In this document: piece by piece, positions 1 through 10,708 of the stretch | Layout: the number at the start of each line of letters is the position of its first letter | Position numbering within the stretch: the first letter of the stretch is position 1 | NCBI RefSeq assembly: GCF_006345805.1 | Contig: NC_043000.1 | Span: 67,890,001-67,954,000 of the forward strand | From: Octopus sinensis | Taxonomy: Eukaryota | DNA length: 64,000 nt | Direction of reading: 5' to 3' | The notes under the pieces: model-generated | The model's database searches: none | The model's input: only the letters and a program-made list of their open reading frames with translations | What the model was told of the DNA's origin: nothing | Program-made: the position numbers and the translations under genes

Positions 1-1
1 A

Positions 2-8
<7 letters not shown>

Positions 9-82
<74 letters not shown>
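9..82. repeat. (TA)n(TG)n compound microsatellite
   Basis: Direct reading of the sequence. Confidence 0.95.
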
Positions 83-84
<2 letters not shown>

Positions 85-227
85 TTTTCCCTTGTTCAGG
101 GCAGCAAAAAATCACACAAGTAATATGGATGTAATACCCTGTTTGTAAAGGTAGAAACTCCAGGTTGATGTGAAATATTTTGTATAATATATATAAATAA
201 ATAAATGGAGTTAAACGCAGGTGTTAA

Positions 228-1300
228 TCAAATTCTTTTATTTCCGACATATGTTTTGAAGACAACATTGGTATTATACCAAAGGAATAAAATTGTGTAA
301 AACAATGTAATCTTCTCATCAGGGGAAGAAAGAAAGAAACCAAACTCATCAATAAGGCATTTTAAAAGAATGTGATAGATGTGTATAATGATGAACGGAA
401 CGCTATTAAATTTTGTTTTAAAAACCGTTAGAAGATATAACGTCAAAGGTAGCCTATAGAAAGAGGAGGGGTAAAAGAAAGAAATAAGTAGAAAACTAAT
501 AAATGAGAAATATAGAGCGAAATGTGAGCTAAAATAAAAGCTTAAAGGATTGGAAAAAGATATATTTAGTGGAAGTGAAATGTAAGAAGAAAATCAATGT
601 TCAAATTATATATAATGGTAGATATCACTTATATGAACTAAAGGTATGTTCCTGCCAATGTTTACATCGATAAGCACGCTCTATAACCGTGTTTACAAGG
701 GGATTCTTAGAAAATAGAATAGAAAATAGTTCACTATTACAGAGTTGGCAGAATTCTTTGCCTTTACCATATGGGAGTAAAATGAAGAGAATCAACCAAT
801 CTAAATTAAATTGTTTATTATGGTCTTTTAGATACCAAATTAATTTACTAAACCCTGTACTATTGCGTTTATTGCTATCCCTAAATGTAGAGTAACGATT
901 AGAAATTCTTTTAGATAACTGAGAAGAACTACCTATATAAAAAAAGACACTGGTACCTGAAATAATTTTACACTGGTATATAGAGTTTTTAATCTTAGAA
1001 TTACTAGATATAAATTTAATTCTGTTTGAATTGACTTCAGAGACAATGACCTTACTATTAATATTTCTAGGGGGATGATTAGTATTAGCTAAATTAATGT
1101 CAGTATTAGTAATTGGATTCTTATTTAACAGACTAATATTATGTGAGAAGATAATTTGTGAGAGATTTTTTGCGTTGGAAAAACCAATCCTAACCTTGTG
1201 CAAGTTGATAATCGAGTAATACCTAGAATTCTTTGGAAAATTCCTAATAGCTTCCCGAAACTACGGTTATAGAGCGTGCTATCGATATTGATAGTAATGG
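228..1300 (-). mobile_element. Penelope-like element 3' remnant (GIY-YIG endonuclease region plus 3' pLTR/UTR)
   Basis: ORF 625-1203 shows IYQC..FYIG..KR...F....NSTGFSKLIWYLK...DW....CQLC..E, the GIY-YIG C-terminal pattern of Penelope-like elements. Upstream in the same frame is FREAIRNFPKNSRYYSIIN (~HFP..H.L.KIFN), with stops further 5'. Confidence 0.75.
241..328 (-). ncRNA. Degenerate type I hammerhead ribozyme motif in the Penelope 3' region
   Basis: Minus strand reads ttccc-CTGATGA-gaaga...tcttc-AAAAC-atat-GTC-ggaaa. Stem II is gaaga/tcttc. The core GAAA is mutated to AAAA and stem I is partly mispaired. Confidence 0.5.
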
Positions 1301-1559
1301 TAAGACAACAAAAGAATGAAAGAGACCTCGATATTATGTAAATAGAGGAATTTATCTGTAAATATAATATGTGACAATTATTCGGTAGCCATGATAAAAC
1401 TCCGAGTTTCGGGTGTCGGGGCAGAAACCCGCACCAATATCTCTTCAGATATCGGGCCATCAAAAAATGCTATGAAAATGACCGTTAAACAAAGGGAAAT
1501 TACTGTGTGATTGACCGTTATTAAGACAAAAGAGCTATTAGAATGACCGCTAAATAAGG

Positions 1560-1966
1560 GGTGGGTGTAAAAGGTAAAGGAGTAAACACACTCATAGCAA
1601 TCGCGTATGCACGTATGTCCATACATACACATGCACGCGCGCACATCCACATACATGTGCCTATATGCATATGCTCATCCACACTCGCTTGAAACACACA
1701 CATGCGCACCCACACATTCGCCAAACAAAATTTATATATACCCGCACACACGCGCACAAAAAAGGTTCATATACACGTCTATATACGCACATGCACAGGA
1801 AAAAAAACCTGGGTGAAAGGTAAAACGAGAAAAAATGTGTAAAGATATATAAAGCAATAAAGATATAAAAAGTAAAGGAGTAAAAATGCTCAAAGCAATC
1901 GCGCATGCGCACACGCACATCCACGTACATGTGCTTATATGCATATGCCCATCCACACTCGTGGAA
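1560..1966 (+). repeat. Imperfect direct duplication of a ~100-130 bp CA/TA-rich unit
   Basis: gtaaaggagtaaa..agcaatcgcg.atgc..cacatccac.tacatgtgc.tatatgcatatgc.catccacactcg occurs at ~1573-1688 and ~1872-1960. Confidence 0.7.
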
Positions 1967-1969
1967 ACA

Positions 1970-2446
1970 AAACCACGATCAAATCTTTGACGGATCAGGA
2001 CGGACTCGTGCTATTCGGTTCTGTGTAGATGTGTGCGGCTTCCCGGCAGCACTTTGCGCAGCTGTTTGGGGGAGGGTGATGGGTCGACGACGGTAGCGGA
2101 CTTTACTTCAAACCTAGACTGCCTACCAAGGCTCTCGGTAACGGACGCGAGACTGTGAAAAGCCGATACAGCCACTGAAATACGGGAGGTGATGAGTGGT
2201 TGCACAAGTCGCAAATCGTCCAGTTTGAAATGGTCTGCCCTACGAATTCTATGTATTCATGCCAGATTTGTTTCGCAGCCTCTTGTCAGATATCTACAGT
2301 AACTGGTAACAAAACGGAAGAATTCCCAGTGCTGTTAGCTGGGCTATTGTAAAACTGCTGAGAAAAGACGTCGACAATGGGGACGTGCTAGGGAGTTTTC
2401 GGCCCATAACTCTACTAAACACAGAGTTTAAGATTTAGACCAAAGC
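1970..2446 (+). mobile_element. L1/Tx1-clade LINE fragment (RT N-terminal region), pseudogenised
   Basis: Translates to NGLPYEFY..MPDLF....IYSNW*..GRIP..VSWAIVKLLRKD..NGD.LGSFRPITLLNTEFKI*, matching the Tx1/L1 RT domains 0-1 pattern (GLPxEFY; RPITLLNxDYKI). Confidence 0.75.
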
Positions 2447-3276
2447 TTCTAGAGTCAGCTCATCTTATCGATTCCCATCATGCCTCTAACGCTTCGACAA
2501 CCCAATCTTTGAGAGACTCGAATGCTTAGTCAATGTTAGACTCTCTCCAACGTCCCGCGATCAGGCTGCATTGCCCAAGCGATTTGGAGGTCTTGGTCTT
2601 CGTAAGTGTTCGTCCCTCTCTCTTCCCTCTTCCTTTCCTCCACCCACGCCTGCTCCACCCTGGTGAGCAACATCCTCTCCTCTTCGACTCCCTCTTCATC
2701 CAGTCGGACCAGTTTTTAAGGCGCCGCTTACTGTCAGCTAGCGCAAAATACTCAGGTGACTGGATTGATGCCATCCCTGTGGCTAATGTTGGCAGCCTAC
2801 TCAGCTTGGACGAACTTCGTGTCCCCATTGCCCTCAGAGTGGGAGATGACGTATCCATGGGTCTGATCTGTCGTGACAGGCTCCTCGACTCCACAGGCCT
2901 CCGTGGCCGTTCTTGCCGTCTGGTCGCTTCGCGCGTCATACAGAGTTTGAACCTGATATTCAAGAGAAGCTTAGCCCGGTCAAACATCCCCTCCATCGTG
3001 GAACCATCTGGATTGTCCAGATGTGATGGGAAGTGACATAACGGTCTCACCCTGTACCCTTGGTTGCAAGGCAGATGCCTTGTCTGGGATGTCACAGATA
3101 ACGACTCCTTTGTTTCTCACATCCTGGATGCTGCGGGCAAGATCCACAGCTTCTGCGCCGTGCGGAATAAAATCCTGAAATTTCGCGATCTGTCGGCCAA
3201 CTATATTTTCCATTCTGTGGCCATTATTTACATTATTTACAATTGATGGATATTTGTCCTCATCTTGTTTGTTGTT

Positions 3277-3322
3277 GACACAACGTTTCGGCTGATATAC
3301 CCTCCAGGCCTCATCAGGTGTC
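3277..3322 (-). ncRNA. Minimal type I hammerhead ribozyme (antisense copy)
   Basis: Reverse complement reads gacac-CTGATGA-ggcctg(gagggtatat)cagcc-GAAAC-GTT-gtgtc. Confidence 0.7.
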
Positions 3323-3560
3323 TTGAGGAAATTTCGAACCTGGGTATTTTTCGATGTTGTTGTTGGTGGTGGTGTTGTTATTATCATCATCATCATTATG
3401 CAGGTCACTGTCTGGAATCGAACTCGGAATCTTGGGGTTAGTAGCCCGCGCTCTTAATCCCAGAATTCCGAGTTCGATTCCAGGCAGTGACCTGAATAAT
3501 AACAACAACAACATCGAAAAATACCTTAGGAATGAGAACCCAGGTTCGAAATTTCCCCAA

Positions 3561-3606
3561 GACACCTGATGAAGGCTGGAGGGTATATCAGCCGAAACGT
3601 TGTGTC
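3561..3606 (+). ncRNA. Minimal type I hammerhead ribozyme
   Basis: gacac-CTGATGA-a-ggctg(gagggtatat)cagcc-GAAAC-GTT-gtgtc. Core, stem I and stem II are intact; stem III is a palindromic AAC/GTT, typical of PLE minimal hammerheads that act as dimers. Confidence 0.75.
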
Positions 3607-4242
3607 AACAACAAACAAGATGAGGACAAATATCCGTCAATTGTAAATTATGTACATAATTCCTCATCTGTGGCCTTCGAGACGTTTGGTGGGGTCAGAG
3701 CACTAACTGCGAGATTCCTGTCTTCAGTTGCAACTCGCCTTGCAGAGGTAACTGGTGAGGCTCGTGAGGGCGCTTGGCTGTTCCAGCGCATCAAGCCTCG
3801 CCATCACCCGCAGCAACGCTGCAGGCGTGCTGGCGTGTCTCAATAGCAATTAAAGAGGTTTCCCAGCACCCCAACTTTTCAACCCAAGGTGGTGAATTGT
3901 TTTGGTTTTTTTCTTTTAATTTTTTCAATTGTGTTCTCTGTGGCCGTTATTTTCTATCGAGACGTTACAACCGAATCTAATTCTTCAAGCGCTTTAATTC
4001 TGTATATATTCATATACTCGATTGCTGACATTTATAAATGGTTTCTCTTATTATCATAATGCCCTTTTCTTTCATTAATAACCCTCTCGGCATTTTTGAC
4101 GAGACAGGTATGCTAGTTATTCGATAATTACGCAATAATATGTCATAATTAGAAATATGTCATAAGAAATTGGAATATAGTTTTCCCCCATTTAACGTCA
4201 CAAAACAGGCCAGAAGTTTCGTCAAATTTCTCAAGGATAATC

Positions 4243-5049
4243 ATGTCGTGGAAAGATGTTATGAATAATTTAAGTGGGTTTTATGAACGAGAACAGCAGC
4301 AGAAAAAAGTAAGGAATTATTTGGAAAACCAATCATTTACTGCAGAAGATCGTGCGGCAGTGATCGACTGGATGGTAGCTTGTGTAGATCATTATGTAGT
4401 TTCTTTCGAAGTCTTTTATCTTGCAGTTTCTTATTTTGATATATACATGTCTGGAAAAGACACAAAACTAATTACTTCCTCTAAGCTGCAATGTCTCGGA
4501 GCCTCATGTCTTTGGATTGCTTTTACTCAGTTATCTCAAGACCAGGATAAACTGGAAAATTTTCTGGATATGGTATCGGTCACAGACCCTCACTCTAGTG
4601 AAAAGGATCTTTATGACATGTTTAGTCATATTATGAATCGATTCCACTACAAAACGTATTTAATAACACCGTATAATTTTCTAATGAGCTTCATTTTTAT
4701 TCTCCGTTTGGAACGTCATCACAATCTGACCTGGATGTCACGTTATATACTGGAGCTAGCGCAATACGATGCGGATATTTGTGTAACAAATAGGTTTAGA
4801 CCGAGTCTTATAGCAACAGCTGCTCTTTACACAGGATTAGTAGCTTTGAGACTCACTGTTGAATGGATCTCTGACTTGTCTATTTTAACACCGTATACTG
4901 GAAGGGAATACGAATTAAAAATTGTTCATCGTCGAATGTTGAAATTATTAAAAATCGCTTCTCCATACATATATAGGTCAGTATACACGAGATACAGCAG
5001 AAAAGAATTTAATCACGTTGCTTTGGTTGATTTTTCATTTATTTATTAA
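4243..5049 (+). CDS. Intronless divergent cyclin A/B-like protein (268 aa; N- and C-terminal cyclin folds, no destruction box)
   Basis: DRAAVIDWMV (MRAILxDW), EVFYLAVSYFD, KLQCLGASCLWIA, RYILELA.YD, PSLIATAAL..., W...L...T.Y, SVYTRYSRKEFNHVA. Uninterrupted ORF; ATTAAA at 5089-5094. Confidence 0.85.
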   Translation: MSWKDVMNNLSGFYEREQQQKKVRNYLENQSFTAEDRAAVIDWMVACVDHYVVSFEVFYLAVSYFDIYMSGKDTKLITSSKLQCLGASCLWIAFTQLSQDQDKLENFLDMVSVTDPHSSEKDLYDMFSHIMNRFHYKTYLITPYNFLMSFIFILRLERHHNLTWMSRYILELAQYDADICVTNRFRPSLIATAALYTGLVALRLTVEWISDLSILTPYTGREYELKIVHRRMLKLLKIASPYIYRSVYTRYSRKEFNHVALVDFSFIY

Positions 5050-6220
5050 AAGTTTTCGCGTTATTTCTGTAGCTCGTATTCTAGAAATATTAAATACATA
5101 AGTTGTATTACATTTTATTTATCTTATGATTTAAAACTTTTCTAACTCTCTACTTTTGGAAGTTGACACGAGCACGCCAGTGGCGTCTAGAAACTAGCTT
5201 CGCGATCATGAGATCTCAAGTTCAATCCTTACTTCGTATCAAATGATTTTTACTAGTGCTTCAATTCGATCCGACCTTCACAGGAAAATGGGGTCAGCAA
5301 AAATTATATGGTAGTTCATCGGATACAGTGAAACCGAAAGGTGAAGCCTTGTCACACACTGAATCATAATTCTATCAGAATTATATTAAGAATACATGTC
5401 TTTGGACTACTCGGCTACTTACAGAACGTTAATTTAACGATTGCTGAATATTCCCGCTACACATCTGTTGATCGAACAACTACATGTTCGTCGTTGAAAG
5501 TAACGGAGGATCCATGATCATTATTTTACAAAATCTCCTGCACAAAACAAAACATTTGTTAATAACTACACTAATTTTAGGGAAAGTAACTATATATTAT
5601 CCATTGAACACTATTAAGCGAGGCAACGAAGGCGCTATTATGCCGTTGCGCGACCTGCCCAAAATAAGACAAATCTTCCCCGCGAACAACACTCTGCCAT
5701 CTTAAAATAATGAACACATTGGATAATGTAATCCTGGATACATTGTCTGAAAAAAGATGAGATGGCCATAGCTGGAAGGTCATACATCTTCACATCTTCT
5801 CGATCCAATGTAATCCTTGAATTAAATAACACAACTTTTAACTATAAAAATGCACTAATAATTCCTCCTCCTCCTCCTTTTAAGATTTTAAGAAAACAAA
5901 AGGTTGTTTGGTGAAAAGAGCCTAGAATTTTGGCAGAAAATGAAAGAGAATGAAAGATTGGTATCATTTGTTCAGTAGAAATAGGGCTGGAAATATAAGT
6001 ATAACTGGGGTTCAATAAAATCGATAGTGTAAAATAGCGAGAGGCCTGTCAGCACATGAGATAAAGTAAACTTGTGATGTAAAATGGGAGGTTGTCATGA
6101 CAGAAATAGATGAAAGCTTTATTGTCAAAGGTAAGAATGTTTCAAAGAAAAGAAGGACAAGTGTATGGGTGGAGACGAGCTGACTTCCGATTATGTGACT
6201 CCATGGAAACTATATTGCAG

Positions 6221-6399
6221 TTCGCCTGCCGTTACGTTCTGAGTTCAAATTCCGCCGAGGTCGACTTTGCCTTTCATCCTTTCGGGGTCGATTAAATAAG
6301 TACCAGTTACGCACTGGGGTCGATATAATCGACTTAATCCGTTTGTCTGTTCTTGTTTGTCCCCTCCGTGTGTAGCCCCTTGTGGACAGTAAATAAATA
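6221..6399 (+). mobile_element. tRNA-derived SINE (Octopus-type), 5'-clipped, 16-bp TSD
   Basis: B-box-like gagttcaaattcc; tail agccccttgtggacagtaaataaata; TSD GGAAACTATATTGCAG at 6205-6220 and 6400-6415. Confidence 0.85.
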
Positions 6400-6674
6400 G
6401 GAAACTATATTGCAGGTTACTAGGAAGAGGGAAAGGCTCGAGGTGATATACAAGTGCTGTGATTGCCTCCTTGATTTTTGGTATGCGGAAAGTGACAGGA
6501 TGATTATAAGAAAGATTACTGTTACTATAAATTGTTTCTATTAAGATAAAAATCTGGGCAAGACTTCCTTTTGTAGCCCCCCCCCCCCCAACACCCCTTT
6601 TTTAAATTTCATTTTTTTTCTACTCAAACCCCTGTTTTCGGCTACGGAGAATACGAATCTGCAAAAAAAAAAAA

Positions 6675-6975
6675 GGCAAAAATCGGCATTTTGAAATTAC
6701 CCCCCAATTTCTTCATTTTTCACTTTTTTTAGAAATTTTTTTTTTGGGGGGTCAAAATATGCGGAAAAATACGGAGATTATGATTCGGAATAAAAATTTC
6801 CAAAAATTTTTCTTTTTACGGCTGGGGTTAGGGTTAGGGTTTTAGGGTTAAGATTAGGGTTAGGATTTTAGGGTTAGGGTTACGGAAAAAAATTGAAAAA
6901 TGAAGAAATTGTGGGGTTTAGGGTTAAGGGAGTAAGAGGGTGGGGGGCAAATAAATTTCAAAATTCCGATTTTTG
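6675..6975. repeat. Fold-back repeat enclosing an interstitial degenerate (TTAGGG)n tract (~6826-6885)
   Basis: caatttcttcattttt (6705-6720) pairs with 6896-6911; ggcaaaaatcggcattttgaaatt (6675-6698) pairs with ~6953-6976; TTAGGG units lie between the arms. Confidence 0.65.
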
Positions 6976-7329
6976 GCAATTTTCCGGAATTTCCGTATTC
7001 AAAAAAGTGGGATTTTGGCAAAAAAAATTTTTCAAAGCAATAATTTGTGAGAAAATGGTGGCGGAGAGGAAGTTTTTCTAAAATCTGTTAGAAAGCGAGA
7101 GAGAAGTAGAGAGACAGTTAATCAGAGAACAATTGTAGAGTTTCATAGAAATAGAAGCGAGTATAGCTTTAGTTAAGCTGTACTTAAAATAACAAACAAC
7201 AGTGGTTTTTTGAACTGTTATTTATATTGCGTGTCAAACAATTACGAACATGAGAAAGAGCAACCCACCATTAAATCCTAGGGGTGTGCTATCTGCTTCA
7301 TTGGAAGTGTCTCTTCAGCCAATTAGATC

Positions 7330-8410
7330 AATAACTAGTCCTTGTCCACAGTTTGTCTCTTATGAGTTCATGGGTAATGCTCTACATAGCTCCCCCTCAG
7401 AACTGTTGACTGTCATTAGAACCAATAAGGCGTTTGTACCACCCAATCCGTGTGTACTTACTTGGCTCTTTGACCAATGTTTGTCATCAGGGGTCAGCGT
7501 GACTTGCTCAGGACAGCCTCTGTTTGGTGGTTGAGCTATTAGAATGGGGCTATCAATGTCAAGATAGGCTGGTTTCAATCAATGGATGGAAACTGTGTAC
7601 TGTTGTCCTCCAATCAGGGGTTGTATGACTTGTCTCCTGGATGAATCACTTTGTATGGTCCATCATAGGGTGACTGAAGGGGTTTTCGAGATGCATCGTG
7701 ATGTATGATAACAAGCTTCACCTTGTGGAGGCCATTGGGTACAGAGGACTTAGGTGCACCATATGTTGACATGGGGGTCGAGTGTAACTGGCCCGTGTTG
7801 TCTCTCAGTTGTTCAAGATACCTTTTGGCATCCGGGTCTAACTTCATGTTCAAAATTAATTACCCCAGCACTGTAAACGGAGTACCGTACATTATTTCTA
7901 TGCAATACGTGTTGAGGCCTTCCTTTAGGACAGTGCAGATTCCTGGCATGATCCTTGGAAGTTGATCCAATTCAGCCAGTTACATTTGGTTAAGAGGGAT
8001 TCCTTCAAGCGACAGTGAAATCTCTCCACTAAGCCATTGGCTTCAGGATAGTTGGCTGTTGTGTGTTTCATGTTAATGCCAAAAGGTTCATATCATTCCA
8101 CAACTTTCAGAGTGACTTGAGGTCAGCAGTCAGATGAGATGCTGTCTGTGATGAAGGTACAGGTGATTTCCTCTTTCTATACTGCAGTGAGGTATGGCCT
8201 TAGGGTAATGAGTGAAGTGGTCCACAGCATTTAAATGAAGGTGGTAGGGGGATTACTAAGTCAATGTTGACAGGGCCAAAACGGGCCTGTAGGGGATTCA
8301 TGGCTGCCAAGAGGTGCTTTGGTGTGCCAATGGATTTTGGTTTGTTGGCAGCAGATACAGATTTTGGTCCACTCCCCAGTTTGTTTGGCCATACCTTACC
8401 AGACAATTTT
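7330..8410 (-). mobile_element. Ty3/Gypsy integrase remnant
   Basis: RFGPVNIDLVIPLPPS (~HIDLVGPLPPS), RKPLQSPYDGPYKVI (GPY/F motif), LKPAYLD...QPP.RG.P; many stops and frameshifts. Confidence 0.75.
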
Positions 8411-8412
8411 CT

Positions 8413-8622
8413 TTTTCTACTCTAGGCACAAGGCCTGAAATTTTGGGGGAGGGGACCAGTCAATTAGATCGAACCCAATATGTAACTGGTACTTAATTTA
8501 TTGACCCCAAAAGGATGAAAGGCAAAGTTGACCTCAGTGGAATTTGAACTCAGAAGTAAAGACAGATTTAATACTGCTAAGCATTTCACCTGATGTGCTT
8601 AAGCTTCTGCCAGCTCACTGCC
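8413..8622 (-). mobile_element. tRNA-derived SINE
   Basis: Reverse complement shares gagttcaaattcc..gaggtcaactttgcctttcatcc..ggggtc..aaataagtaccagt with the 6221 SINE. Confidence 0.7.
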
Positions 8623-8906
8623 TTTGTACCAGACAATTTTGCATGATAGCAGGCACTGTGTGACTCTTGTACAAGGGTGAGAGAGTTCGTGAATGACATC
8701 AAAAACCTTTTGGTACCAGAGAGAGATAGAAAGAGATACATATGTACATACATACATTAGAGAAGCAGACAAACAGAGAGATACTACAACCAAAGAAAAT
8801 ATTCACAGTAAAAAAATTCCACTTCACATTCTGTAGGTGTTTATAGTGATGCATATACAAACACTTGCTTACACATATACCCCCCCCCCTACACACACAC
8901 AGAAAT

Positions 8907-8970
8907 ATTCCAAATTGTTATCTACTTTGATCTTAGTTAAACTAAGATCAAAGTAGTTAACAATTTAGAA
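8907..8970. repeat. Near-perfect ~30-bp-arm palindrome with 3-nt loop
   Basis: aattgttatctactttgatcttagt-taa-actaagatcaaagtagttaacaatt (24/25 paired). Confidence 0.85.
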
Positions 8971-9814
8971 AGTATCAAGAAGCAATCTTTTGGCTCAGAA
9001 GAAAGAGTAGTTATTAAATTCTTGAAATTTTTCTGAATTTTGTAAGAGTAAAATTAGACTATACCTTGAAATTAGTGGTCATACTTTGCAATTTCTGTAA
9101 GTATGAAATTTCATAACCTGAGGTAGCCATAACAACTGTGCAGTTGTGCCTATGTTTTCTATTCTGCTAAATTATCTATATTTATTTTTTATATAATTGT
9201 TTATCACTTGTAGAACTAATGAACAGAGTAAAGCTTTCAAGTTCTTTGGATTCAATCCTCCAAAGTATTTTCAATAAAAAATTTTATTATTTTTATTATA
9301 TAAGTCTATATCAAATATATGAAATGTTTGTTATATTAATATATTTGTTAAATACCAGTTTCAGCTTCTTACTTATAAAATCCTATAAATGCATGTGTGT
9401 GTGTGTGTGCATGCACACACACTCACACATATTGCCTTATATATTTTATAAAAATATCATTATCAAAAGATGAGAGAATATTCATTGTCTTTGTTGTATA
9501 AATGACACAATATTACAATAATCTTTGCCCAGTTGTTTAGGCTGGTTCAGACAGTAGGCTGTATTGATGGCAAAGAAGTAAACCAGCTATACTGGAATTC
9601 CTGAGCCAAGACAGTCAATGTGAAAACTGGGATCAGGATAATTAACAAATGCAGAGAGAATGAAAATGATTACAGTAGTGAGGAGTGGGGAAAGTTGAGG
9701 TAGGATAAAGAGATTGGAAGAAATGATGTACATAAAAATGCTCAGCTTGGCTGTCAGTTACTTTATATGAAAGAAAAAGGGACTTCTGAATCACCTTGTC
9801 TATATTCTTTTATT

Positions 9815-10030
9815 TGTTTGTCATCTGACTGCGGCCATGCTGGAGCACTGCCATTTAGTTAAACAAATCAACCCCCAGGAGTTATTCTTTGTAAGCCTAG
9901 TACTTATTCTCTTGGTCTCTTTTGCCGTACCGCTAAGTTACAGGGGTGTAAACACACCAGCATCAGTTGTCAAGAAATGGTGGGGGGACAGACACACAAA
10001 CATATACACATACACACACATATATATATA
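9815..10030 (-). mobile_element. SINE 3' part
   Basis: Reverse complement of the family seen at 41440-41662 (aagtactaggcttacaaagaataa..ccagcatggc.gcag). Confidence 0.6.
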
Positions 10031-10099
10031 TATATGGGCTTCTTTCAGTTTCCATCTACCACACAGCCACTCCTGCACACACACACATATATATATATA

Positions 10100-10445
10100 T
10101 CATCATCATCATCATCGTTTAACGTTTGCTTTCCATGCTGGCATGGGTTGGACAGTTTGACTGAGGTCTGGAAAGTCAGTGGCTGCACCAGACTCCAATC
10201 TGATCTGGCAATGTTTCTACAGCTGGATGCCCTTCCTAATGCCAACCACTCCGAGAGTGTAATGGGTGGTTTTTACATGCCACCAGCACGGGAGCCTGTC
10301 AAGCGATCCTGGCATCAATCACATTCGGATAGTGCTTTTTATGCGCTACAAGCACAGGAGCCAGTCAGGGGGCACTGGCATCAACCACATTCAAATAGTA
10401 CTCTTTATGTGCCACCATCACAGGAGCCTGTCAAGTGTCCCTGGC
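10100..10445 (-). mobile_element. RTE-LINE 3' tail
   Basis: (CAT)n-cgtttaacg..ttccatgctggcatgggttggac...ggatgcccttcctaatgccaaccact, the reverse complement of the tail at 24290-24450. Confidence 0.8.
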
Positions 10446-10671
10446 ATCGATCACATATATATATATTATTATTATTATAAAGTGGTTGGTTTTAGGAATG
10501 GCATCCAGCTGTAGAAACCATGCCAAATCAAACTGGAGTCTGGTGCAGACCCCATCTTGCCAGTTCTGGTCACACTGTCCAGTGCATGCGAACATATAAC
10601 ATTCTTTGTATTTGTCTGTCTTATTATGTCCCCATCTATGTAAGATTGCATGATTGTAATAAAGATTTCGC

Positions 10672-10703
<32 letters not shown>

Positions 10704-10708
10704 TATAT

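Larger units (their letters stand above)
3223..3666. mobile_element. Head-to-head palindromic element: tRNA-like (B-box) centre plus a hammerhead on each arm, 9-bp TSD
   Basis: The arms are reverse complements. TSD TCTGTGGCC at 3214-3222 and 3667-3675. B-box GTTCGATTCC at 3472-3481 (+) and 3414-3423 (-). Confidence 0.85.
2447..3850 (+). mobile_element. CRE-clade (restriction-like endonuclease) non-LTR retrotransposon 3' remnant, interrupted by an insertion
   Basis: QAALPKRFGGLGLR; SGDWIDAIP...[46 protein letters not shown]. Removing 3223-3666 and one TSD copy restores YIFHSVA|FETFGG..RLAEVTGEAREGAWLFQRI, the CRE-type RLE C-terminus. Confidence 0.8.

Noticed and set aside
3400-3495. tRNA-Ser-like gene
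   Set aside because: Only the anticodon arm and B-box survive; the A-box and acceptor stem are absent, and the sequence is part of a TSD-flanked repeat.
5484-5832. Short ORFs downstream of the cyclin-like gene
   Set aside because: No motif recognised; lengths are within chance expectation.
6826-6885. True telomere or chromosome-fusion site
   Set aside because: Short, degenerate, single orientation, and embedded in an inverted-repeat element.
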